A DNA stretch of 64,000 bases from NCBI GenBank assembly GCA_964247055.1, contig OZ176051.1, forward strand, positions 11,718,001 to 11,782,000, read 5' to 3'. Every line of letters begins with the position of its first letter. Position 1 is the first letter of the stretch. Shown here piece by piece: positions 11,355-22,924 of the stretch. A program made the position numbers and the translations under genes. Source of the DNA: Paragordius varius (Eukaryota; Animalia; Nematomorpha). The notes below the pieces were generated by a model that had not been told where the DNA came from, ran no database searches, and saw only the letters and a program-made list of their open reading frames with translations.

Positions 11355-13083
11355 TGTTATGTATTAATTGTTTTTGTTAACTTAATTTAATTGACCTTAT
11401 ATTAGTTAACTTATGAAAATATAATATTATCCTTCTCTCTTACCTTAGTGCATAATATACCTTTGTCCTTGTTACGCTAAAAATATATATTATCTTGGTT
11501 GTGAATGCTTTCACCTAAATACTGTAATATTAAACCTTATGCATATATATAACTTGGTTGTGAATGCTTTCATCTAAATATTGTAATATTTAACCTTATG
11601 CAAAAATGCAACCTTGTCTTAAAACTATATATAATGCAATATATTTTATACACGATATAATAATTCTCTATTCTATAATAAATTCTTTTCGCTTTTTACA
11701 TTGGCGCGGTCATTTATTTGTCGATATTCATTATTATGGAAAAATAATTATTGAGAGTTATAAAATCAAAATAATTTTACGGAATATATTAAATATTTAC
11801 GAAGAAATTTAGTAATTAAAGGAATACAGGATAAAAATGAAAATATTAAAGCCATCTTTCTTGCCCAATTCGGTATTGATAACATTTCTAAAATGAAGCA
11901 ATTCTTTTACCCGCTTAACATTGAAAACATTTCTTGGGAGGAGACTTATGAAGCTGGGGTGAAAATATTTCAACCAACCAAACATACCTTTTTAGCCCGA
12001 TTCGATTTTTTTAGAGCGGAACAATTAGTGGGTGAAGGATTCTTAGAATTTTTAATAAGACTCAAAAATTTAGCCGCCGCATGCGAGTTAAAAGGGAACA
12101 TTGACGAGCTCATACGGGGGGACGTATTTATATATGGGTTGAAGGAAAAAATAGAGACCGAATTACTTAACAGGTACTCGAGGGCACTAGACAACGACAC
12201 ATCAGTGGGATTAAATAAGTTTCAAAATTTGGCTCTAGCGTATGAAAATTCTCGCCTGGAAGCGATCTCAGTGAGGATATATAATAATGATAATATAGAA
12301 AATAATAATAATGATAATAATAATGTTAATAATAATAAAGTTATAATGATGTATTAAAATGAGAGATAATAATGAAATATTTCTGGTTAGACGCAAATCC
12401 AGCGTAAAATCGTGTTTCAAATGCGGTCGCACCCACAAATACGGATACTGCCCAGCTTTTGGGAAGGAATGCTTCAAATGTCACGGAATCATTTTGGAAG
12501 CCAATGCCAAAACAAATTCGCAGGCAATAACAGGTATGTGAATAATATAGTAAAAAAACCTAAAATAAATGTAAAATTACACTCGACCCACGTCAAAATG
12601 TTATTCGACACGGGGGCCGACATATCGTTAATAAGTTTTAGCATGTGGTCTAAGATAGGAAGCCTAAAATAAAACCCATTAATTTTTAAGATAAACACAT
12701 ATGATAATAATCCTTTGCACATAATAGGAGAGACTACTGTAACTCTTGAATTAAATAAAATAACAAAGTGCTTTATTACAAAAAGACATCTTCCTCTAAT
12801 ATTTGGCATGGATTGGATCCAGCTATTCAATATACCATTGCCTAACGAATTATATATTAATGAATTATATCACACAACCGATATTTACAATAAATTTAAG
12901 TCTTTATTTGATAACAAATTGGGTTGTTGGAAAGGGAAACCCATAAAGATATTTTTAGAAAACAATAGTAGGGGCCGGGTATTTCCGGCTACAAGGGTTC
13001 CCTTGGCCTTACAAGAGAAATTAAGTGAAGAGATTAAAAGGCTAGTATCCTTAAAAATTATTGAAAGGGGTTTATGGCCTCAA
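11355..13083 (+). mobile_element. Ty3/gypsy (Mag-like) LTR retrotransposon B, 3'-truncated: 5' LTR 11355-11700, PBS, gag, protease, RT start
   Basis: LTR runs TGTTAT...TTTACA with an internal 59-bp tandem duplication and is homologous to the LTRs at 44022 and 47480. PBS TGGCGCGG at 11702. Gag, knuckles CFKCGRTH...CPAFGKECFKCH, protease LFDTGADISLI. Ends at IKRLVSLKIIERG. Confidence 0.9.
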
Positions 13084-13418
13084 TGATTCCCAGATTTTCA
13101 AGCCTTTTTAATTCACTCTCCACCTTAGACTGGGGGTACCCTCCTAGCTGCTAATCTTTTGGGGATACAACTTTTTTTTGAGAAACAACTTGATGGGTGT
13201 TCCCGTTTAATACCAATACCCTCACAAAATAAATCCTTAAATTTATTTAAATCCACACAACTAACATTCTTTACACAGACAGCATCTGGAAGTTTACATT
13301 GAAATTTTTTTATCCATGGTAACCCAAAAATGTTACCCCAATCCTCCCTGGTAACCATACATTTCAGCTGCTGCTTGACCATACCATTCCATTTAACATC
13401 CACCACGCATTGCCCCAT
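13084..13418 (-). pseudogene. Ty3/gypsy protease C-half and RT N-terminus, probably of element D, inverted
   Basis: MGQCVVDVKWNG...NIFGLPWIKKF...ARRVP / KVESELKRLENLGII. It continues the protease that stops at 9668. Confidence 0.85.
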
Positions 13419-13907
13419 GAATATTATTAATATAATTTGGAATTTTATTCTTATTTCAGTAAGGCCTAAACCCAAAAGCACCGTGAGAATATTACATAAA
13501 TCTATCAAAATATTTATATTTCATTGGAATATTTTTTGTGTGCCGTGTGATTCTATTAACTCTCTCAAAAAGCACCATGGTAACCTTAATATATATTATG
13601 AAGAACAAACATATTTTAGTCTTTTTTACAATGCGTATATTTTAATTATATTTTAGACAGCTAAAATAATATATTTATTCGTAAGCCCAAAACCAAAAGC
13701 ACCATGAGAAACCAGAAATATTTTCTTATAGAATATATATATATATGTATATATTTATCAATATTTTTTTGTGCAAATATTGATGTGTTTTTTGACGTTT
13801 TTTATGTTTGTTAAATATTTTTACAAATAGTTATTGATATTGTAAACTAAAAACAAACTGATTAGATAATATCAAGTATAGCATCCGTTGATTAAAACAG
13901 TGTCTAA

Positions 13908-16255
13908 TCTAATAAAAAATAGAAAATGCTGGCTTTGTGATCTGTTTCCGGAAAATCGGTAGACCTATTTAAATCCAAATGTCAAAAAAATATAATCATT
14001 AATGAATATCCCGATAGCTTCGCCCATTTTTCGAAATAGGCCCCCAGTTCGGGCCCACCCCGTGTAAAAAAAGGATTTTTTTTGAAAACAGAAGTCCACA
14101 AAAATCGTGTAGACAATTTTCCCGAAAACGTGTTGAACCATTCGATTTTAAATATAATTTTTTTTTCGATTGCGCTGAACATAGTAGGCTCGCTTTTTTA
14201 ATTTAGGGCCTTTTTTTACTCGCTCCCCCTATATAATGCCATTTTTTGAAAATACCAAGTCCACAAAAATAATTTTTTGAATCTATTTTTCGCCCAAGGT
14301 ATAAGACCGTATTAATGAAGATTCCAGGCATTCCCTGTTAAAAGGCAAGATTTTTAGTCGTGTGTTTCTTTTATATTGGCTGCTGGGTAAGGAGATACCC
14401 ACTAAAAACTCCCCCGTCATATCGAAATAGCGTGCCTTTGGGGGCTAATATATGAGTTCAATAGCTGTTTAAAATATTATTCGTAACCTGGCAAAAATTT
14501 ATGCCGTGCTATAAAATTAGCCGTTAATAAGGCCCTTGGCGCCCTTAAAAGTGCACCACCATAGAATGATTTTTTATTAAGGCAATTTTTCCAAAAACTA
14601 ATGAGAGCATATGGAATCAATCATGATTCCAGCTATTCTCCATTAAAAAGGCAAAAATTTAATCAAGCGCTTTTTTTGTATCAGCCTCTGGGTAGGTAGC
14701 CGCATAAAACTGCGCCACCATATCGGAATTGCGTTGTTTAGGAGTAAATTTTCAGAAAACTTATCAGGCCATATAAGTTCAATAAGGGCCTGAAATATTA
14801 CCCGTAAAAAGGCAAAAATTTAAGTCGAGCCGTTTTTTGAGCCGTTAATTAGGCCCTTTAGGCCCTAAAAACTGCGCTATCATTGAACTATTATTTAGTT
14901 TTGAAGCCATTCTAAAACTATTAAGAACATATGGAATGAATGATAATTCCAGATATTCCCCTATTTTATCGAACGTTTTATCTATATTTACCTCTGGGTA
15001 AGTGGCTACACGCCTACAACTGCGCCACCATATCAATAGAGCGTGACTTTGGAGGCAAATTTTAGAAAACCTATCAGGCCATATGAGTTCAACAAGGGCT
15101 TGAAATATTACCCGTAAAAAGGCAAAATTTTGGTAGAGCGGTTTTTGAATTACGCCCATGCCCCAATGAGACTCTCTTTTTGGTTTGGAATTTTTCTTAA
15201 ATGCTGCGACAGCATATGGAATTAATCATGAATCCAGGTGTTACCCGAATTAGGCAAAAATTTTAATCGAGCGTTTTTGTTTCTCCCCTGGTTGGGGGGG
15301 TACCCGCGTAACACTGCGTCACATATCAATACAGAATGCCATAGGAGCCAAATTACAGAAAACCTATGGGACTATGTGAGTTCAATAAGAGCCTAAAATA
15401 TTTATCACTCCTTAAAAAAAATATTTAAGTAAAGGGGATTACAATAGTCGCTAAGTAAAATTTTACGCCCTGAAAAATGCGCCGCCATAGAAAAATTTTT
15501 AGTTTTGAAGCAATATTTCCAAGATCATATAGGAACATATGAAATCCATGATAATTCCAGATATTCCCCATATAAAGGCAAAAATTTTGCCTGACGCTTT
15601 TTTATTCCTGCCTCTGGATAAGGAGCTACCCGCCAAAAAATGTGCCACTTTATAAAAATTGTGTTATTTTGGAGCTTATTTACAGAAAATTTATGAAGCC
15701 ATGTGAGCTTATGTAAAGCTTGAAATATCACTCATAACTAGGTAAAAATTAAGGTCAGGCGTTTTTTATCAGCTGTTAATTTGGGGCCTTTATGCCCTAA
15801 AAATACGCCATCATATAACGATTATTTAATGTTAAGGTACCCATGAGACGATGGTATCAAAGATGATTCCAAATAATTGCCCTCTAAAGGCAAAAAATTT
15901 ATCTCAGCGCTATTTTCATATAGGTCTATGGGTAGGGTACCGGTTTAAAAGACGCCATACAACAATGGCTTGTTTTGAAGCTAGTTTTCAAAAAATTTAA
16001 GAAGCCATACGAGTTCAATAAAGGCTTTAAATGATACCCATAAATAAAAAGTTAATTCACACCAGTAAACATTATATTAGTATGAATGCACAGTTTTGAA
16101 AATCCTATGAGATCATAACTATTATTAAATGTTTCGAAATAATCCACATATATGGATCCCAATTTTGTTGATCCCTGTTTTCAAATAGCGACCTCCCCTC
16201 CCAAGAAGTCCGAAGGACTTCCTCGGGCTGCGTAGCAGCACGTGATTTACGCTAG
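13908..16255 (+). mobile_element. Non-autonomous Helitron, full-length copy 3
   Basis: Starts 5' A|TCTAATAAAAAATAG. The 3' end has hairpins GAAGTCC-GAA-GGACTTC and GCTGC-GTA-GCAGC, then ...GCTAG|T. It sits between A and T with no TSD, as is typical of Helitrons. Confidence 0.82.
14299..16064. repeat. Diverged tandem array, unit about 285-320 bp (about 5.7 copies, each with two related halves), inside the Helitron
   Basis: ATGGAAT..ATGATTCCAG landmarks recur at about 14611, 14931, 15216, 15539 and 15851. AGGCAAAAATTT recurs about twice per unit. Confidence 0.85.
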
Positions 16256-19200
16256 TATTATACTAAATGCTGAGTTGAATCATTGACAAGATTTAAATAC
16301 CATTGCATTTTATATAATTATACAATCTTTTCATTCAATAACAGTTTAAAACGAAGTTAATGCTTTTTAAAAATTAATATTAAATTCAACAAATAATTAA
16401 CGGAATGTTGACTTCGATTGCAAAAATTTTAAGATTATTAAACAACATAGTTTGGTTAATAAGGATTGATTTAAAAAAATGCAATTAACCCCAAATGTCA
16501 TTGCGCTATATTGATTATCGTTTTTTTACATTTTTGCACTACTCATAAATTGTTTTTGTATCTTTCTGAATTTTACCTGAAAATATCTTCAAAAATGGAG
16601 AATATACCTAAAAATATTATGTTTGAGCGCTATGTACGGTTTGATGTCACTGTCACATCTTTCAATGAGACATTTTTTAAAACTACTAATTTTAATCCAA
16701 GTCTCAATTAAGCATGCAGACTTCCCTGTTTAATCGGCGCGGATAACCTTTAGAGCGGATACCAACTTGGTTTCTTAGGCGCGTTTAGAACTTCTAGTCA
16801 TCGCAGTTAACAACTTAATTGATATTGACCAAATTTTTGGCATAATAAAAAATATGAAAAATAAGTTGTTTTTATTCATTTGATATTTGGGGGTTACGCC
16901 ATAAAATGGCGTTTTTTTTCGATTAAGAACTTTGGGATAGCACCTCGGCGTAAATACAAAAGAGCCTCTTAAATTAAAAAAGGCAAAAAATAGAAAGGGC
17001 CGTTTTATAAAGCGGGACCTCCCACATGCTTTCCTCCCTTCCGTTATTACAATCTAGAAATTAATGCAAATATGTTGGTAATGGAATTTGTAAAAATATT
17101 TATATTGATTATGATTAATAATATTGCAAACCCATGCATAATCAATTATTCACCGTTAGCTTATATATTAGATAAATTTGCTTCATTATTTTTGTGTTTA
17201 AACATTGATATCAAATATATAAAAACTAAAAGTGATTTTCGGTAAAAGATATAATCCATAAAAATAGATTACTTTTCAATTTAGATTGGGAATATATTTG
17301 CTCAAACCTAAATGACTAATTATTAAAACAATGCATTAAGCCAAAACCATTTAAGCAACTATTTTTTACGATTGATTAATTTTAGAGTTTCATTATTAAC
17401 AAAAAGTCAAATATTTTAAATCCCATTTAACTATTTACATAGTCGTGACATTCGGTAAATTAATCCAGACCAAGAGTATTTAAAAAAATCAATACTGAAT
17501 TTTTCAAAAAAAAGGATTTTGTTTCAATATATTGTTTTAAATTGTAGTATAAAGGAATTATATAGGTAATAATTATTTTATCTTCAACGAATATTCATAT
17601 TCTAGAAAATAAAATTATATTAGATGGGCACTTATATTATTTAATCATTAAATCGATAAGTTTAAATCGGTTTCCATACTGTTCACAGGTGACCATTTTA
17701 TAAAAGCCCGCTTGATTCAAACCTAAATTCATTTATTTTTTGTAAAGGTCTTCATATTTTTATTATTTATTTTATAATTAAAAGATTATATAATAATATA
17801 TAGATTTCTTTGAATAAAAGATTTTTACCTAAAAAGATTTTTGCCATATGACATTGACCAAACCATTTCGCATTATAAAAGTTTCATCAGAAAAAAGCAC
17901 AGATAAAACAAATTATTCGATATTTTTATATTATTATGTAATAGCCAAAGAAAGTAATATTAAATATTTGATAATTAAAATATGTGAGAAATTATTACGC
18001 CATACATATCCATTATGTAATGTGGTGACTAAAAAATCGATTTTCATATTTTAATATTTTGAAATAAAGTTTTAGAATCAAACAAAACGAAAACAAACCT
18101 TAAGCAATGCTATTAATGTCGAAAGATAATATAGGTTGGCGTATAGCCATGTAAACTTAGAATTTCATAGTTAATTAATTAAAAAATACCGCTTTGCATG
18201 TCAAAATAACTCTTTTATGATAAATGTATGATAAAGAGAATATCTAGATTAGTTTTAATCCATTAGTTTTAAAATTTAAGGACCATACTTCAAAAATTTA
18301 AGCGCCATTAATGGTCGGTGGTTAGTATAGTTAAGTAATTCAAAAAGGCAACGTAATTATTTAATTTTATATCAAATAGATGATATAATAAAGATTTAAT
18401 AACAAAACGTTGTACATTATTGTAAAAATATTGATTCTTATTGTAGCAAAAACTTTTTGTTCACTTCTTTGACTTTTTTACAACTGTCCTTATTTTATCA
18501 TTATGGGCATAATCTTTATAGTGCTCTACACACTACACACAGCAAATAATTTTATTAATTATATATTTTGATTATAAAATTAGTATTTTTGTAGTGTTTT
18601 TGGTGATGAGTTTTATGAGGTTAAAAGATTTTATGCAATCGCTCCATATATCATTTAAGCAGAATATTTTTACTGGAGCTCTATATTGAAATAATGTGTA
18701 CACTAAATCTATCAATAATTATGAGTGTATATTTAGAAGTCAAATTTTAATTATTGAGTTTTCAAATAAACGCATATATGCCGAAATTGCTTGATAAAGT
18801 CAATATAAATTTTGATGTGCTGACCTTTAGTCAAATTTGAGCCCTATAGGGTAGTTTTAAGCAGAATTGACATAATATTTCATACTCCCCTAGGTACAAA
18901 AACACATTTTTACATTGAGCCGACCTAATGTTAAAAAAATGAAGTAAATGAAATGTATGCCCCATAATTTATGAAATTTTAATATTTTACAATAATATAT
19001 ACCGTTTCACCTCCTTTAAAATCCAATACGTTTCAATAAAATTCACAAATTATAAATCATAAAGTGTATTTAATTATATTATATTGTCATAATCTAGCAT
19101 ATGTTAATTTTTGCGCTCTCGGCTATTTCCCGATAGTCAAAAACTGCCATGAAGCCAAATATAGAATTTTAATTTATGTGATCGTTTTGCTTTAAAAACT

Positions 19201-19747
19201 CCTTTGACCCTTTTTGTAATGGATATTGTTCTATCCGGCTTAAGAAGTACACAAACTACTGTATTTATAGTTTTTGGTTAAAATTAATCAAACGCTTTTT
19301 CCTAGGTAGATAAAAAACTTTGAATTTTACTTTTCTTATATCCCGAAGTCGCTCCAAAAATTGATTGAAACGGAACTGATATTAAAATCAATAAATATCA
19401 AAAATTTCCTTGCCAGTAATATGCAATTTAAAAGCTTTCCGAAGTTAATTATTTATATTTTTCAACCATAATTTACATTTATTTGCCGGTTGTAGTATTC
19501 ACGATTTAAAATTTTAAAGAAAAAATGGCGGCGAAAAAATTTGAGATTAATATTTTTACAATATTACATTTTTGAAAAATTTTCTATCATCACCCAAAAG
19601 GTTAGAGAAATCATATTTTTATATCCAATGCTAGAAATATTTTTTTGAGATGTTTATTAGAATGGCCATCGTTAAAACTACACAAAAAATCAAGAAGAGT
19701 AGAATAGTTTGTAATATATTTTAATATTTTTGTAAATAAATCATTTT

Positions 19748-20056
19748 TAGGGGTGTCCAAAACAAGTATTAAGCGGGCCGCATTTTACGCGAAAAATCTG
19801 ACGGGCCCTATTCGAAAATATATATAAGCAATACAAGTTTAATAAACTTGTAACATAAAACTGTAAAATAAATTACGAACACTTTATTAGAACATATCGC
19901 TACTTTATTGCCAAAAAAAAGCGTATCAAGAAAATTTTTTAATTAATATCAATTTTTTATTTAGATATCGTAACTTTTTTATAAAATTCGTAATTGGCAT
20001 TTTTGTAAGTTTATCGCAGGCGAAAAAATATTTCGGGCAGGGTGTTAACACCCCTG
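19748..20056. mobile_element. hAT Charlie-like MITE (degenerate)
   Basis: Termini TAGGGGTGTCCAA ... GTTAACACCCCTG and subterminal GCGGGCCGCA. No intact TSD. Confidence 0.6.
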
Positions 20057-20399
20057 ATTTATACAAACAAAAATTTAATTTGCATAATGTGTTCTAAATT
20101 AATTTTTCGACGTATTGAAAAAGGATCTTTCTTAATTGTGAGTGTCCAAAAGCACCTAATAACTGTTACGCTTCTCTAGCCACTCTGCAAATGTATTGCA
20201 GTTTGGAACAGGGTTGTCCAACATGGCCCTCATATATAGTTTTGCAGCTGGGAAACAATTTGAAATACAAAATTAAATTTCAAAAAGGCGTTTTGCTTGA
20301 TTCTCTTGGCAGTTATGTGGTTTGATAGTTTAAATATGTTTCACATGTTTTAATCGATGGAACATGTTCACCATGTGTCTCTATCAGAAAACGATAAAT

Positions 20400-21256
20400 T
20401 ACAGCCATTAGTGAAATAAAATAGCAATTGACGCAAATTTTTTAAGTAAATTCGACATGATTACTGAATGATATAAAAGACGCTTTTTAGCGGATTAATT
20501 ATGTGTATATGACGTTATATTCCGATGAACAAAATATATGTATCATTTATCGTCTCCGTACTTTTCGCCGTCTTTTGATAGTTAAACTGGCAACGTATGA
20601 CTATACCTGTATATATTATATGATGATGATGGATATATTTTGGATACAAACTCCATAACGTTCTGTTGTTAGATATCTGTGCGAGTTATTGGATCGTTAA
20701 ATATAAATAGATTTTTTACAATCATCAAATTTTTTAGAGCAAATAAAACTTAAAATTAAAATTCTGAAGCGAAAATGTTTAGCATCATCGTCATTATAAT
20801 GTCTTAAAGCGTTTTTATACCGTTTCCAGCATGCCTTAAATTATGAAGTACCTTCAACAAAATTATGCTAAAAATTAAATTTTTGAAATAAGTATCATGT
20901 TAAATTTTTTAGTTGATATCAAGTTTATAATATATTTATCGTGCAATCTCGGCATTAAATTAATATTAATAGAAACATCTCATGTTAAGTGAAAAAATTG
21001 GAACTTTCGGTCTTATCTAAAAATTAAAATAAAAATTTGTTTTGCTGTATATGTAGTTTAGGGTATTGTCAGGAAGCATAGTTCTCACCAAAAAAATTTT
21101 TTTACAAAATGTGCCCAAATTTTGCCATCTTCTAAGTAAAATAACTTTCTAGAATACTAGTGAGGCCAAACCCTAAAGCACCATATAAATCTACATTCTC
21201 CTATCACTAGATATATATTATCAGGTTTTTTATATTTCCCGATTTTGGACGCAGTG
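20400..21256 (+). repeat. Diverged copy of the 7457-8297 interspersed repeat
   Basis: Colinear similarity by eye (CTTAAAGCGTTTTT, GCTAAAAATT, TCACCAAAAAAA, AAAGCAC, CCGATTTTG). Boundaries are approximate. Confidence 0.65.
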
Positions 21257-21288
21257 AATTAGTTTAAATTAATTAACAAAATTATCGT

Positions 21289-22272
21289 ACTTTGGGCAAG
21301 GAGTCATATTTCATTACCGGTTTAACTTAGAGAGCTGGCATTGATAAGTATGTAGCCGATGAATTTCCACATAGAGGCCATTTTGTTCATATGACATTTA
21401 ACAAACACAATTGCCCACTAAAAACTAGCATCTTATTTTAATCATTCATTAATCATGTGGAATTTTGTGACTGAGAGAAACACAATCTAACTATTGCATC
21501 AGAGGAATAATGCTGTTAAACATCAACGTTTGCTGGCAACATATAGTAAGCTTATATCTAAATATTTATCATGTGAAAAATGGTTTAGAAAGTTTAAGAG
21601 TTCAGAGGCATTGTATTTCAAAAAAAAATTAGGTTTTGGGAAGGACTAATAAAGTCGAAAATGGGTTCCAAAACAATTTGAATGAACAATTGATAGCAAA
21701 TGTTGTGGATTGCTTGAAATCTCGAAAAAAATAATTTTGTGATGGATGATAATATTTTGTCATTCGCAAGCGGAAAAAATAAGTTTCACCTTGCCAAGCC
21801 GATCCCTCAACATCAAGCTCAAATTATTTGCCTGGTGAGGGACTGGTATTGTGTATTATGAACATTTGAATTTTGATGAAACCGTTGGATCGCTATTGCG
21901 CACAAAAGATGAGTTTAAACCATGAATATTCAAAACACTACAGGAATTGGCCAGAAGACATGCCACAATCATCTTACTACATGACAATGATCCGTCTCAC
22001 AGAGCGAAACCAGTCGAAAACACCTTAAAATCAATTTGATGCCAAATTCGTCAGCATTACTCTTTTGTCTTGGCGCCATCCTCTTGCCATCAATGGGGAA
22101 TGCGCTCGCATAGAAGCAATCGTTGAACTAAGGGTTTTTAGGAAAAGACAATCAGTTTCTGTTATATTTTAAATTACATGGCACCAATTAATTGAGATGG
22201 GGGAATGTAGAAGCCGAAAAACAATTGAATAAAATTCAATGATACCAACGTTCTTTTATCATTTAACTAGTA
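21289..22272 (+). mobile_element. Mariner (Tc1/mariner) relic with decayed transposase
   Basis: Fragments MWNFV (21455), AVKHQRLL, SCEKWFRKFKS, VYYEHL...ETV, IILLHDNDPSHRAKPVENTL (21968) and a C-terminal HG...RWG, matching Mos1-type motifs. Many stops and frameshifts; ends approximate. Confidence 0.88.
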
Positions 22273-22875
22273 AACATTGATGCACTCATTATTTAAAAAT
22301 CGATTTTCAAAATAAGCGCCGACTATGAGCCGCGCCTTAGAATGTAAAATTATCCTACCAAATTTAATGGGTGCTTGTTTTGAGTCACCTTTTTTATGAG
22401 GGGGAGCGTGCTGTACATTTGATGGGGCTCTACCAAAGGAGTTATACACAAAGGCAATCCACTAGAATATAAGAATTATAATACCACTATCGAATATCAA
22501 CCCTCCTTTCCGAAAATGTGTTAAGAAATATTTTTTGGAGTCAGATGTACCACTAATTTCCAGGAAGTCAAAAAAAAATATAATTGATATAAAACTATTG
22601 AATTTGATGATTCGTTTTCTGGATAATTTTTAGCAATTACATTGTTCATAAAAAAAAATTAAGTATTAAAAATCAGGCTCGGAAAAATTTCAGTAATTGA
22701 CAATAAAACTAGTTTAAAGTATAATGAACTCAAAGACGATTTGTAAGGGGTATAAACAATGGGATTTAAAACAGGCTGTATTTTTGAAGAGGGTTTATTA
22801 TCATCTATAGATGGTGTCCAATACAAATGGCTTAAAGAGCCACATTTCTTAAAAATCCAAAGAGCCACATTTGAA

Positions 22876-22878
<3 letters not shown>

Positions 22879-22922
<44 letters not shown>
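22879..22922. repeat. (AT)n microsatellite
   Basis: About 22 perfect AT units. Confidence 0.95.

Positions 22923-22924
<2 letters not shown>

Noticed and set aside
8896-13656. Antisense or alternate-frame ORFs over the retrotransposons (e.g. 8991-9404, 10341-10610, 12489-12830, 13330-13656; likewise 44386-44640, 44759-45040, 46829-47284)
   Set aside because: They are shadow frames of gag-pol sequence with no independent motifs.
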